Shown here piece by piece: positions 41,069 to 55,006 of a DNA stretch of 64,000 nucleotides. The position numbers and the translations under genes are program-made. The stretch is from Octopus vulgaris (lineage: Eukaryota), in assembly GCA_951406725.2 (NCBI GenBank), contig OX597818.1:5890001-5954000 (forward strand), given 5' to 3'. The first letter of the stretch is position 1. The number at the start of each line of letters is the position of its first letter. The notes under the pieces were generated by a model that searched no databases, was not told the DNA's origin, and saw only the letters and a program-made list of their open reading frames with translations.

Positions 41069-42411
41069 TGAGGTCATCCGCTGCATCTACCATTTGTTGT
41101 TGATTTCCTACTCTGCCAGGTGTAACGCCCAGCTAAACGAAAACTGTTCTATGTAGATTAATATGTACCTATCAATCACACACGTACACCTACACAAAGG
41201 CGCACGCACACAAACAAAGACATATACAAGAACACAAGAACAAAGACACACAAGAACACACATATACAGACCATATGTACATATATCTGTGCGTGTGTTT
41301 ATGTTTAGATTACTATGAATTAAATATCTTTATTATCATAACAGGTTATGAGCTTAATAGGACTTATGAGAATAGAATTAAGTTATTCATTCCCGTAAAA
41401 TCCATTTTCAATATATTATATATACAATGGTGTTTATAAACTGAGTGTATAAAATGCTCTTTAAAATATTTGTAATGTAATGCCTCCCCAAGTGTTTAAT
41501 TAACTTTCATTAAAAAATAAATACGCTCTTTGAAATATTTTCGATGATTCCCAATACATAATTATGACTCAAATGCTTTTTGAAGACTTTTAAGAATTAA
41601 TCCATCATAATATTTAATTGCTGATTCTTGAGAAAAAGTCTTTCAAAATGTCTCGCGAATGCATTTGTATTTTTCTACTTCTTGGCTTTACGAAATTTCT
41701 ATAATTACTAGCGTGAGCTTAATCATTGTTTAACTGACTTCCGTTATTTCGGCTTTCTAGTCAATATTTTTCACATTAAATTATCTCTTTCTCTTTTCTC
41801 ATCAAATATTGTTCTTAACTATTTATTATGCTTGACTGCTATACTTGTTACAGTGAGTTACATATTAGTTGCCCGTCGTCTATCCCGATAGAGTCATCTC
41901 ATCTCACCTAATTATTGTCATCATCTTTTTCTTCATAATCATCTGCTTTCTTTCTCTTACCCTACTCTCACCCTCTCTCTCTCCCTCTTTCTCCTCAATG
42001 CCTCTGTGTTACGGAGTATAAATTATACGTGTATATATGTGCGTTTGCGCGGATCGTTTGTACGAACATTTATTTTTGTTTGAAGACGTCTAAGTTATCA
42101 CGTGTACTTCAATACATCCTTCGCTTCTAATCAGCGATGTATGCGTATACTGCGTGAAGAGCAGAGGTGAAAGTTTTAATAAATTTAATATGCTCTGTCG
42201 TGCAGTCTTGCGTTGGTTTAAACAATTCTGAATTGCGAAGCTACAGTTAACCGCTAACGATAGCAGTATTTGAATTTAGTGCTTTTGCTCTTGAAAAATA
42301 AGAAATAATATAAAAACTACTCCGAAGAATTTACACAATTTACATTGACATACAGCAAAACTAACTCAAGGTCACTTATGCAATCACTACTCTCCTTATC
42401 AGTGACGATCT

Positions 42412-42457
<46 letters not shown>

Positions 42458-42461
<4 letters not shown>

Positions 42462-42682
42462 TGAATAAGGATGGAAATTGATGTTAATCAATTAAAACCA
42501 GTGGCCTACCATATTAAAAAAATCCGAAGATTAAAATATTTTTTACATACAAAATTTGAAGGTCTTACCACTAAAAGTGGACTGTCATTTGTATGTAAAA
42601 TATATTTTAATCTTCGGATTTTCTAACATGCTAGGCCACTGGTTTTAATTGATTCACATCAATTTCTACTCTTATTCAATTT
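42458..42682. repeat. Imperfect inverted repeat (arms ~95 bp) abutting (TA)n
   Basis: aaattgaataag...ttacatacaaa / tttgtatgtaa...cttattcaattt. Confidence 0.88.
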
Positions 42683-42884
42683 TAAATAATAAAAAAAATG
42701 TTCTCTAACCGGTAAATTGCCTGCTGCAGTTTATTAACTGCAGGGTAGATTTTCAATCTCAGCGCGCCAAAGTGAAGGCATTTGAAAAATACACATATAT
42801 ATAATTTGTTGAACTCTATGTATGCTGGACTCTGGTCAAGCGTTTTTGTATCTAGTTCTGGAAATTATGTTTGTAAACGACAGA

Positions 42885-42959
42885 CTATGCTGATGAGCTT
42901 GCAGATTTTTGCGTATGCACATACGTGAATGTTAACAAGTGAAACTGATCAGTACATAG
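42885..42959 (+). ncRNA. Canonical type I HHR in a pLTR-like fragment (~42805-43105)
   Basis: ctatg-CTGATGA-GCTTG...cgtatg ca catacg...CAAGT-GAAAC-tgatca-GTA-catag. Confidence 0.9.
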
Positions 42960-43103
42960 GTAATCGTGTTTGATTTCGTATATTTTCATTTGTCTTACTT
43001 ATTTTTAACACTTTGGTTTTGTACTGAGTTTTTTCTTGAGAACACTTTCTTCGTGGAAAATAGCGATTTTGACGTCTATATCTAGCATATTGACCGTCCA
43101 CTT

Positions 43104-43148
<45 letters not shown>

Positions 43149-43493
43149 TAGAAGCTAGCAGATAGTTAGGCGCAATGTAGTTCTCTAAAGGGAAAAATAT
43201 AAGCGTGACTAAGTGTGTCGATGCACCTGCATTGTTAGAAATAAGATTTAGCAATCTTAGTGATGTAAGGAGAGTGCAATGCATATACACTGACAGGGAA
43301 GTAACCGCCCTATGATCATCTCTAGAAACACTAGACTAGACTTGGTTTTGCCTATTTTGTAGACATCGTCAGACGTGACTGCTCAGATTAATGGTTTGCC
43401 TAATTCTGTCTAGCAGTATATATATTCAGAGAAATGCTAATCCCTATACTAAAAATTAACAAACAGGTAGTCGGTTACCTCCCCTGTCAGTGA

Positions 43494-43541
<48 letters not shown>

Positions 43542-43586
43542 ACAGTTAAGCTTCGTGCAATCGCCATACTCGATAACGAGGGGGCA

Positions 43587-43634
<48 letters not shown>

Positions 43635-44596
43635 CCCTCTTCCTACAACATTAAGAGTTGTTAACACTCATTTCTAGCAATGTAGTTGATTTAGCACACT
43701 TAGTGACGAGTAAATGTTTTTTTTTTATGGAATTACCTTATTACATGTCCTATGTATTCACGGTAATTTCCATATTCACTGTATCAATATAGATATTACT
43801 AATCTCAGAACGTACTTCCACGAGAGAAATGAATTTTTTTTTAAAAAGCGAAAATATACTTGATGATGGCCAGGAGAATGAAAACGTGTACCATGAAAGG
43901 GAAAGGTCATATTGCAAGAAATAGTTGCTTGGAAAACTTTTTGTAGCTACAGACGAAGTTCGAAAAGTTAACAGCTTGACATATCTGAAGAAAAGTAGCA
44001 TGAATAGAGAAACTGAAAGAATGATTGTGATTTCACAACGACAAACAACAGAAAAGTCATCGTCGTCGAAGAAAATATTGACATGAAGTGTAGAATGTGT
44101 AATGAAAGAGAAGAAACCTTTACACATGTAGTTTCAGACTACATGTGTGAAACTAGCACAAAATGAGAAAAAAAATTGGAGATCTGAGAGTGTGAGAATG
44201 TGAACTGAGAGGTTTCCCTTCTTCCGAAAAGTGCTATAATTAGAAAGTAGAGAAGCTGCTGGAGAATGAAAATACAACGAACTTGGGTAAGACATAAAAC
44301 TCTCTGCTCTGTTTATCTGGGACGATAAGACCGCTCAGATACATATTGGATACATTTTGTCACATTATATGATTTGCTGTCCAGCAGAATGCACTGGCAT
44401 AACACCTGAGACGGATAATAATTATAATAGGGTTCTTGAAGAATGACCAGTGAACAAGTGTCACCTTAGTCTGCTGGCTGCGGATATCTGACACTTTCCA
44501 TCATACCCAGAAAATTCAGCTGTGAGTTTTCATATAATAGTAATAAAAATAACAACAACAACAACAACAACAATAATAATAATAGTAATAATAATG

Positions 44597-44671
<75 letters not shown>

Positions 44672-44674
<3 letters not shown>

Positions 44675-45560
44675 GAATATGGGATGAAAATGGATGTTTT
44701 GAAGCATTTGCCCAACGACTGTTAGACCAAGCAAGATCAATCCGTTGGAACGACTGGATTACGAGAGTAGAGAATGAAGAAATTCAGAGAAAATGAAAAA
44801 TAAGCAGAAGAAGAGTGAAACAGCAGTAGCAGGAAGCGGTAAGGAAGGGGTAAGAGAGGAAGAATACGAAACAGATGGAAACCGCAGAGTACCATAGGAT
44901 ACTGATAAAGTAACTGATGAAGACGACCTAGATGGACAAGTGAGAGAAAGTACTGCACAAGATTTGAATGATGAAGAGGACATTTAAGAATGTTGCGAGG
45001 TAATATGACTGAGGAGTACAATGAAGTACTCCCAAAAGTAAGGTATATGAATAGAAAACAGGTGAAAAAAGCCACAGGCAAAGTAAATGACGTTTAAGCT
45101 TCGTTAAAACAGAAAATATCAGTGAAACAAACCAGTTAATCATAGCTGCTGCTAATGTCGTAGCTAACATAATAGGCTACAAGTGAAAGATTGAAGATAT
45201 AGAAGCAAATGAAAAGAAAGAACCAAACTGGAGGAAGAGAATACAAATGAAGGTGGGAAAGACACGGAAAAAACTGGGGCAACGGAATAGGATACTGATA
45301 GGAGAGCTCAAGAATAATTTAGTAATCAGAAAATTCAATGGACAGTACTGTTTTGAAGAAGGGAGAAAATAAATACTTCAGGGAAAAATTGTCTCAAAAG
45401 GTGACAGCATTAAGGATGTGATGCTAGTTGCAACGGTTTCGAACAGAATAAACTGTTCCAACCAAATACAAGGCGTCTATTTGAGGAAATAAAGGAGGTT
45501 AATACCAGCGAACAGGTTCCAGATGTGGAAAAATGTAAAGAATATTGGGGAATAAACCCA
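44672..45560 (+). mobile_element. R4/Dong-like LINE N-terminal fragment of a second family, next to (AAT)n
   Basis: ENISETNQLIIAAANVVA, KEPNWRKRIQ and QNKLFQPNTRRLFEEI...PDVEKCKEYWG resemble the pre-RT region of R4-clade ORFs. Confidence 0.65.
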
Positions 45561-45935
45561 GATCGCGGCGGGACGCGCAAAGAAGAGCAGCTGGACGGTG
45601 CTGCACTTCTAGCATAAATATTCAAATGCAATTCAAATAGCTATATACTCCATCTAATAACCAAATGATAAACTAATGGAATAGATTTTCTATCTAAATG
45701 AAATCAAATACAATTGCGGTATGGAAGGTGTTTATGCTAAAAATCCTGGACATACAATGAAGCAACAAAAATACCCATATAATTGGGACAAGTCCCATTC
45801 CCATAACTGGAGAACCCTAAAATACCCCTGGACAACAGGATACAAGACTTATGATATGGAAGACTTTGAGGACAGAACCAAACGGCTCTTCTTATTGTTC
45901 CTTTACCTTCTGGAGGTGTAACATCAATCCATAAA

Positions 45936-45971
<36 letters not shown>

Positions 45972-45986
45972 AATTATTATTATTAT

Positions 45987-46094
<108 letters not shown>

Positions 46095-46111
46095 GATTAT
46101 TATTATTATTC

Positions 46112-49100
46112 AGTAGTTTTATTTTTTATAGCGTGCTTACACTTCACTACCGAGCGCAGCTCTGTGTGCCTTGGGTATGTGCTGTGATTTGTTGAGATGC
46201 TCTGATGGTTATTGTATGGAAAGTGTTCTGCGTAGGATGTATGCAGTGCCTAGTAGTGCAATTTTCTGTATGTTATATGTGTTTGTAAGTCCTGGTGTTT
46301 TTGTAATGTATTTGTCTGAATATTTTTTATCATGCCTAATGCACCTACTATGATAGGAATTGTTTCTGTTTTTAGATTCCACATTATGGTTACCTCCATT
46401 TCCAGGTCTTTGTATTTTGAAAGTTTCTCCATTTCTTTTAGAGACATGTTGTCACCTGCCGGTATTGATACATCAATTAGAAAGCATTTTTTTCCTTCAT
46501 GGTCTCTGACAACTATATCTGGTCTGTTGGCCTTAATTTCTCTATCTGTGTGTATCGGCATATCCCAGAATATGGTTGCTTTCTCGTTTTCTGTGACCTT
46601 TTCTGGTGTGTGCCTATACCATCTTTTTTCTGTTGTTATTCCATAACGTTGGCATAGCTTCCAGTGTATGTAGGTTCCAACTCTGTCATGTCTGTGAATA
46701 TATTCCTTCCGGGCAGCCAGAGATAATATGATTTATTGTTTCTTGTTCATCTCCACATATTCTGCAGTTACTTGTTATATTTCTTTTCATTACATGTTTT
46801 TGGTAATTTCTGGTGGGGAGGCTTTGGTCTTGTGCTGCAAGTAAAAATCCCTCTGTCTCTGCTTTGAGTCCTGAGCTTCTCAACCATTGCTGGGATTTTT
46901 CTTTGTCTATTTCTTTTGCATTTAGTTTAGTCCAGTATTTACTGTGGAGGGGTTTTTCTTGCCATCGTTTTATCATGGTTTTGGCTGTTCTAGTTTTAGT
47001 TTGGATTTCATTTGTTTTATAGCTTTTGTTGTTGTTTCTTCTTCTTCTTCTTCTTCTTCTTCTTCTTCTTCTTCTTCTTCTTCTTCTCCTTCTCTATATT
47101 TGTTAGGTGGTATGATTTCTTGTTTGTATTTGTCAGCTTCCTTAAATACTGAGAACAGTTTTTTGTTTTGCTCGTGTTTTGCCGCTATTTGTATCAGTTT
47201 TCCTTCCTTCTGAAGTAGATATTTTTGAAGTCCTATGGTGGTTATTTTATAGTAGTTTTCCAGCTGTATAAGGCCTCTACCACTTTCTATACGTTGTATA
47301 TATAGTCTTTCTATGTCAGATTTTGGGTGATGCATCCTAGACCCTGTCATTATTTTTCTTGTTTTCTTATCTATGTTGGTCAGTTCATTTAGTGTCCAGT
47401 TAAGGATATTGTAGCTGTAACTTATAACTAGGACAACTAAAGTGTTAATACCTATTATCTTGTTTTTAGCATTGAGCTCTGTTTTTAATATTGATCTAAC
47501 TCGTCTATAATATTCATTTTTTATTTCTCTTTCATTTGTATGTGTTGTGTCTTATCTAGTTCATGGATTCCTAAGTATGTGTAAGTTTGGCGTTGGTCTA
47601 ATTCTTTTATTTCATTGGTTTTATTTAGTGTGATGTTGCTACTCTTAACTAGTTTTCCTCTTTTCCTGGTTACTTTGGCACATTTTTCTAATCCAAATTT
47701 CATATCTATTTCTATGGTTAATCCATGAACTGTCTTTAATAGTGTTTCCAGCTGTTTGTCATTTGCAGCGTGTAGTTTTAGGTCATCCATACACGAGGGG
47801 CGTTCAATAAGTAATGCCCCTGATCCACTTCCCATAGCAGTAGAGCAACGAAACTTGGCACAGTCATTAGTCTTTTTCTACATAGGAACCAACCAGAGTT
47901 ACGCATTTCTCCCATCGTTTGATGCGGCTCTGGAGACCGTTTTTGTAGAAGAACCCAGCTTGGTCCTCCAACCTCAACGTGACTTCAGAAATCAAGGCTG
48001 CATCATCTGGGAAACGCTTTCCTTTCAAAAGCAACTTCATGGCAGGGAAGAGGTGAAAATCAGAGGGTGCAAGGTCAGGAAAGTAGGGGGATGGGGGAGG
48101 AGTTCATAGCCGCACGCCTGTGCTTCTGATCTGGCGACATCGAGTTGTGGACCGGAGCGTTGTCTTGCAGGAGGAGGATGCCTTTGCTGATCTTGCCCCG
48201 CCTCTTGATTTTGATAGCTTCTCTTAATTTCCTCAAAAGTGAAGCATAATAGGCTCCTGTAATTATGCTACCCTTTGCCAGGAAATCTGTCATCACTACT
48301 CCGTCCTGGTCTCAGAAGACTGTGAGCATAACCTTGTCAGCGGAGGGCTGCACCCTTGCCTTCTTTGGAGGAGGTGAGTCACGGTGTTTCCACTGCTTTG
48401 ACTGGGCTTTGGTCTCTGGATCATAGTGATGGACCCAGGTTTGATCCTGTGTAATCAGTCTTTTGAAAAATTTTGACTCATCTTGGCATATCTCCAAATT
48501 CATCCTCGAGCACTCGACGCGTTCTTGCTTCTGGAAAGGTGTGAGCAGCCTGGGAATCCATCTGGCAGATACCTTTTGCATATGCAAATGGTCATGAATG
48601 ATAGTTTCCACAGACCCGGTTCTAATCTTGACCTCATGGGCTATTTGGCGAATAATTATGCGTCGATCTTCCAAAATGGCAGCCTCAACTTGATGGACAG
48701 ATGCCTCATCAATGGCAGAAGGGGGCGACCAGATCTGGGAGCTGTTTCCACAGAGTTCCGATTATGTTTGAATTCACGATGCCAGCGTTTTACAAGGTCA
48801 TATGATGGGGCATCATCACCATAAGTTACTTTCATTTCATCAAAAGTCTCCCGTGGTGTGCGTCCTTTCAAATACAAAAACCGGATCACTGCTCGACACT
48901 CAACAGGCTCCATTTCACACTTGACTCAGTTCAAACACCTGTAAATCAGAAACCACAATTAGTTAAGAGCTGTAATTTGCTACTTAATCTATAGAGATAT
49001 AAAGAATTATACATGCAAAATTTCAGCTAGATCAAACAACTGCAAGTTGGTCGGGAGCATTACTTATTGAACGTCCCTCGTATAAAAGGTGGCTGATCGT

Positions 49101-50850
49101 TTTCCGTAACATTTATATCCGCATTCAGTTCTATTTAGCATATCAGATAGAGGTGATAGTGCCAAGCAGAAAAGGAGTGGAGAGAGAGTATCCCTGGAAT
49201 ATTCCTCTTCTAATGGGGATGGCTTTGGTTTTCATGAGTCCCTCTTTTGTTTGGAGCTGTAGCACTGTTTGCCATTTATTCATAGAGTGCCCAATGAATT
49301 TTATAATTGTTGGTGCTACTTTGTTAATGGCTAGTGTTTCGAGGATCCATGTGTGGGGGATGCTATCAAACGCCTTTTTGTAGTCAATCCAGGCCATACT
49401 GAGGCCTTTCTTCCTTCTGTGGCTGTCTTCAGTTATGGCTTTATTGATCATTAGTTGATCTTTACAGCCGTATGAGCCTTTGCGACATCCTTTCTGCTCT
49501 TCTGGAATCAGGTTGTTTTCGTCCATGTACTTGTTCAACCTTTGCGATATCACTGCAGTAAATGCCTTGTACATTGTAGGGAGACAGGTTATTGGTCTGT
49601 AGTTTTCTGGTTTTGCTGTCTCATTTGATTTGGGAATTAATATGGTTTTCTCCTTCGTGAGCCATTCAGGCATTGTCTCTGGCTCTGCTAGTATGTTGTT
49701 AACATTTTCAGCCAGCTTTTTGTGCATTCCTGTTAGATATTTCAACCAGAAGTTGGGGATCTTGTCATGCCCAGGTGCCTTCCAGTTGCTTAGTCTTTGC
49801 AGTGCCTAGGTGACCTCTTCAGTTGTTATGGGGGTCCAAAGTTGCCCAGATGCTGAGTTTGTTATTTCAATACTCCTTTTTTTTGGTTGTTCGTTCGCCG
49901 ACCATATTTCTCTCCAGAATTCTTCCACTTCTGCCGTTGGTGCTGCAGTGATTTCTATTTTATTTTTGCCAAGTTCTTGGTAGAACTTTTGGGGGTTGGA
50001 GTTGAACTTTTTGTTTTGTTCAAAGAAGCGCTGGCGTTTCTCGTACCGGCGGATCCTTTGTGCTTTGGCAAGGATATCTGCTTTAGCTTTTCTTTTATCT
50101 CAGGTAAATCTTTTTGTGTGGTTGTATTTGCGGAGTATTTTTGTTTTCTTTTTGTTGCTCAGTAGCGTTGATTGTCTACTGATTTCATTAAGAATCGACA
50201 GATCTTTTCTTATTTTTTGTATTTTGTTTTGGATGTTATTTATCCACAGGGTTTGTTTGGGTAGTGGTACTCCTGTTTGGACGGGTTTGAGTGAGTATCC
50301 AGCTTCTTTTGTGGCTGCAGTGGCTGCTGCGTATACTAAGTCATTTAGCTCAGTGATATCGCTTTTTGTTTCAGTGGCTATTAGTTCCGTGACGGCTAGG
50401 TTAATGCTGTTTATAATTGGTGTTGTTGTTTCGTCTATTTTGATTTTTGGGAGGTATGGTCGGTGGTCCATTTTGAGCTCTGTGGTTTTTAGTTCTTTGA
50501 ATATTCTACTTTTTATATTATCATATTCATTAGGCTCCCCTTCATTGTTTCCAGGTTTTAGATTTGTGTCGTTTTCTTTCTTATCTGTATGTTTGTTTGT
50601 CGTGTTGGGAGTGTTACATTTGTCTTCTTCGTGTTTTACTGTTTCAGTGTTTATATTATTGGGCATTGTTGTTTGGCTTCTATCTACATTTTCCTGGTGT
50701 ATTTTTTCTTTTAGATGTTCTATTTCTATTTCTGATATTTTTTTTGCGTTGAGAATATATCTCCGTATATTTGCCAGTTTGTTAGGGTTCATTGCTATAT
50801 CCAAGTCTATATTTATGTTGTTTTCCTTCCATATTTTATATGTATGTGTT
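46112..50850 (-). mobile_element. Dong/R4-clade non-LTR retrotransposon (RT, CCHC, RLE), 5'-truncated and disrupted
   Basis: NYRPITCLPTMYK, EQKGCRKG, AWIDYKKAFDSIPH, RRGIFQG, (Y)MDDLKL, YLGI, CRICG..ETINHIISGC, RPDIVV..LIDVSIP..EKLSKYKDL; (TAA)n on both sides. Confidence 0.95.
47794..49080 (-). mobile_element. Full-length mariner nested in the Dong/R4 reverse transcriptase
   Basis: TIRs cgaggggcgttcaataagtaatgc / gcattacttattgaacgtccctcg; transposase from 48913 (MEPVECRAVIRFL, WIPRLL, TWVHHYDPETK, QDNAPVH) with frameshifts. Confidence 0.95.
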
Positions 50851-50872
50851 GTTGTGTTTTCTTCTTATTCTT

Positions 50873-50982
<110 letters not shown>

Positions 50983-51009
50983 CATTATTATTGTTATTAT
51001 TACATCATG

Positions 51010-54000
51010 CAGTAGTCTTATTTTTTCACGTGCTTTCACTACTGAGCGCAACTCAGTGTGCTTTGGGGATGTGCTGTGGTTTGTTGAGATGCTCTTACAG
51101 TTACTATATTGAAAGTGTTTTACGTAGGATGTGTGCGGTGACTAGAGCTATTTTCTGTATGCTATATATATTTGTTAGTCCTGGTGTCTTTGTTATGTAT
51201 TTGAATATTTTTTTAATCATAGCTAATGCACCTATTATGATAGGAATTATTTCTATTTTAAGACTCCTCATTCGAGTTACCTCTATTTCCAGGTCTTTTT
51301 ATTGTGATTGTTTCTTCATTTCTTTTAGAGAAACGTTGTCATCTGTTGATATTGATACAACAATGAGAAAGCATGTTTTCTTGATGATCTCTGACTACTA
51401 TATCTGGCCTATTGGCCTTAATTTATCTGTATGCATGTATTGGCATATCCCATAGCATGGTTGCTTTCTCATTTTCTGTGATTTTTTCTGGAATGTGCCT
51501 ATATCATCTTTTTTCTTTTGTTATTCCATTATGTTGGCATAGCTCCCAGTGCATGTAGGTTTCAACTCCGTCGTGTTTGTGAATATATTCTTCCTTAGCA
51601 AGGAGTTGGCAGCGAGAGACAATATGATTTATTATTTCTTGTCCTTTTCCACATATTCTGCAGTAACTTGTTATGTTTCTTTTCATTATATGTTTTTGGT
51701 AATTTCTGGTGGAGTGGTTTTGGTCTTGTGCTGCAATTAATATATCCCTTCAGTCTCTGCTCGAGTCATGAGCTTTTCAACAATTGTTGGGTTTTTGTTT
51801 TTGTCTATTCCTTTTGCGTTTAATTTAACCCAGTATTTGCCTTGAAGAGGCTTTTCTTGTCATCGTTTTATCATGATTCGCTGCTGCTCTAGCTTTAGTC
51901 TGGATTGCAGTTGTTATACAGCTTTTGTTTCTTCTTCTTTTTCTTCATAGTTGTTACGTAGTATGATTTCTTGTTTGGATTTGTGTGCTTCCTTAAAGAC
52001 TGAATTTTGTTTTTTTTCCTGTTTTGTGGCTATTTGTATTAGTTTTCTTTGCTTCTGAAGTAGGTATTTTTGTAGACCTATGGCGGTTATTTTGAAATAG
52101 TTTTCTAGCTGTATAAGACCTCTACCGCCTTCTATGCGTTGTGCATTTAATATTTCTATGTCAAATTGTGGGTAGTACATACTAAATGATGTCACTATTT
52201 TACTTGTTTTTCTGTCTATTTTGATATTGTAGCTGTAACTTATAACTGGGACGGCTACAGTTTTGTTACCTCTTATCTTGTTTTCCGCATTGAGCTTTAT
52301 TTTCAGTATTAATTTAACTCTTCTATATGAATATTTAAAGAAATTTTCTCTTTCATTTGTATGTGTTGTATCGTATCTAGTCCATTGATTCCTAAGTATC
52401 TGAATGTCTGGCTTTGGTCTAATTCTCTTATTTCATTTGCTTTATCTAGTTTGATGTTGCTACTATTAACTAGTTTTCTTCTTTTCAAGGTTACTTTGGC
52501 ACATTTTTCTAAAATAAATTTCATGTTTATTTTTTTGGTAAATCCATGTATTGTCTGTAATAGTGTTGCCAGTTGTTTATCATTTGTAGCGTATGGTTTT
52601 AGGTCATCCATATATAAGAGTTTTTCCATAACAGGTGTATCCACCTCCAGTTCTGTTTAGTTCGTCAGATAAAGGTGTCAGTGCCACACAGAAAAGAAGC
52701 GTGTCTCCCTCTTCTAATGGAGATGGTTTTGATTTTTATGTATTTCTCTATTGTCTGGAGCTGTGGTACTGTCTTCCATTTATTCATGGAATGTATTATA
52801 TATTTTATGATTATTGGTGCTACCTTGTTCATGGGTAGGGTTTCTAGGATCAATGTGTGGGGAATACTATCAAAAAGCCTTTCGGTAATCGATCCAGGCC
52901 ATACTTATACCCTTCTTTTTTCTGCGGCTGTCTTCAATTATGACTTTATTGAGCATTAGTTGATCTTTACAGCCATATGAGTCCTTGCAGCATCCCTTCT
53001 GCTCTTCTGGAAACAGGTTGTTTTCTTCCAGATGTTTTCTCATTCTCTGCGATATTATTGCAGTAGATGCTTTGTAAAATTGTAGATAGACATGTTATTG
53101 AACTGTAATTTTGTAAATTTGCCGTTTCAGTGGATTTGGGGATTAAGATAGATTTTCCTTCTGTGAGCCATTCAGACATTGAATCTGGATCTGTTAGTAT
53201 GTCATTAAATTTCTCAGCCAGCTTTTTGTGTGTTTCTGTCAGATATTTTAACCAGACTTCGGGGATCTTATCGTGCCCGGGTGCCTTCCATTTGTTTAGT
53301 TTTTGCAGAGCCTGAGTGATCTCGTCAGTTGTTATATGGGTCCAGAGCTGTTTAGGTGCTGGGTTCATTGTTTTGAAAGGCATTTTCCTTCGCCGACCAT
53401 ATTTGCTTCCAAAATTCTTCCAGTTCTTCTGCTGTTGGTGCTACATTGATGTCTATTTTATTTTTGCCAAGTTCTTACTAGAATCTTTTGGGGCTAGAGT
53501 CAAACTGTTTGTTTTGTTCAAAGAATAGTTGGCGTTTATCATACCGGTGGATTCTTTGTGCTTTGGCGAGAATATCTTCCTTTAGCAATTGTTTTACATC
53601 AGGTATACCTTTTTCTGTATTTTTTTCTTTATACAGTATGTTTGTTCTCTTCTTGTTGCTTAGTAGTTTTGATTGTCTACTGGTTTTGTTAAGGATTGAC
53701 AGATCTTTTCTGTTGTTTTCTATCTTTTCTGGATATTATTTACCCACAGGGTTTGTTTGTGTGGTGGCACTCCTGTTTCGATGGGTTTGAGGGAATATCC
53801 AGCTTGTTTTGTGACCACGGCGGCTGCTGCATATATTATATCATTTAGCTTGGACATGTTGACATTTGTTTATGTGGTTATTAGTTCTGTGACGGCCGGG
53901 TTCATGCTCTTTAATACTGATGTTGTTTTAGTATCAATTTTAATTTTTGGGAGGTACAATCGGTGGCCCATGCTGAGATCTGTGGCTTTCATTTCTTTGA

Positions 54001-54800
54001 TTAGGCACATTTTTAGGGTATCATAATCATTAGGTTCACCTGCACTGTTTCCGAGTTTTAGCTTTGTTTTGTAATCCCTCCCGTTCAGATTTTTGTTTGT
54101 GGTGTTCTAGTTTGGTGCATTTTCCTCCTCATTATACATACCTACGGTCTCGGTTTGTTGTCTTCAGTTGTTTACTTCACATTTGTTGGAAATGTTACAT
54201 CTTTCTTCGTATTTTACAGTCCCAGTGCTCATGATATTATTTGGCATTGCTATGTGGTTACTGTCTATGTTTTCCTGGTGAATATTTCCTTTTAAGTGTT
54301 CTATTTCTGTTGCTGATATTTTCTTGCCTTCGGAATTTATCTTCGTATGTTAAATCGTCTATTAGGGTTCCTTGCTGTATCCAAGTCTTTATCTCTGTTA
54401 TTTTTCTTCCAGATTTTATATGTATATATTGTTGTATTTTCGTTCTTTGTAGAGCACGGCCGTAAAATTAGTCTGTAGGATTGAAATATGTTCCTCACGT
54501 GTTCATTTCTACTTTTTGATTTTATTTGCGTGACATGAGGAATAACCTCCGGGCCTTTATTTTTCCAGTTATCATTATCGTCGGGTCATTTCTGGTGTTG
54601 AATAGATTTGCACATGTAGTTTTTCGTACTTTCGTGCAACAAGTTTAAAGTACGTACCTCCCGATTATTATTTTTAGGTTGAATACTACAGGTATTATTT
54701 AATATATTATTAATTATTTTGTACATGGTGTTTGGGAACGGAGATATTCTGGTGTTGATTAGATCGTAACTTGGCGAGCGTGATTACATGTGTTGTGCGA
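51010..54800 (-). mobile_element. Second, more decayed Dong/R4 copy in tandem with the first
   Basis: KWKAPGHDKIP, LLYMDDLKPY, YLGI, IEGGRGLIQLE, CRICG...HIVSRC; colinear with 46112-50850; ends near (TAA)n at 54858-55000. Confidence 0.92.
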
Positions 54801-54887
54801 GCAATAGAGATGATACACAGTTAAAATACATCATTTAATTTGGAAAATAGAAATAAATTATTATTATTGTTGTTATTATTATTGTTG

Positions 54888-54921
<34 letters not shown>

Positions 54922-54922
54922 A

Positions 54923-55006
<84 letters not shown>

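Noticed and set aside
43335-43380. Minus-strand CTGACGA-tGTCTA..TAGGC-AAAAC-caa-GTC
   Set aside because: G12 is mutated and there is no stem I pairing; cannot be supported.
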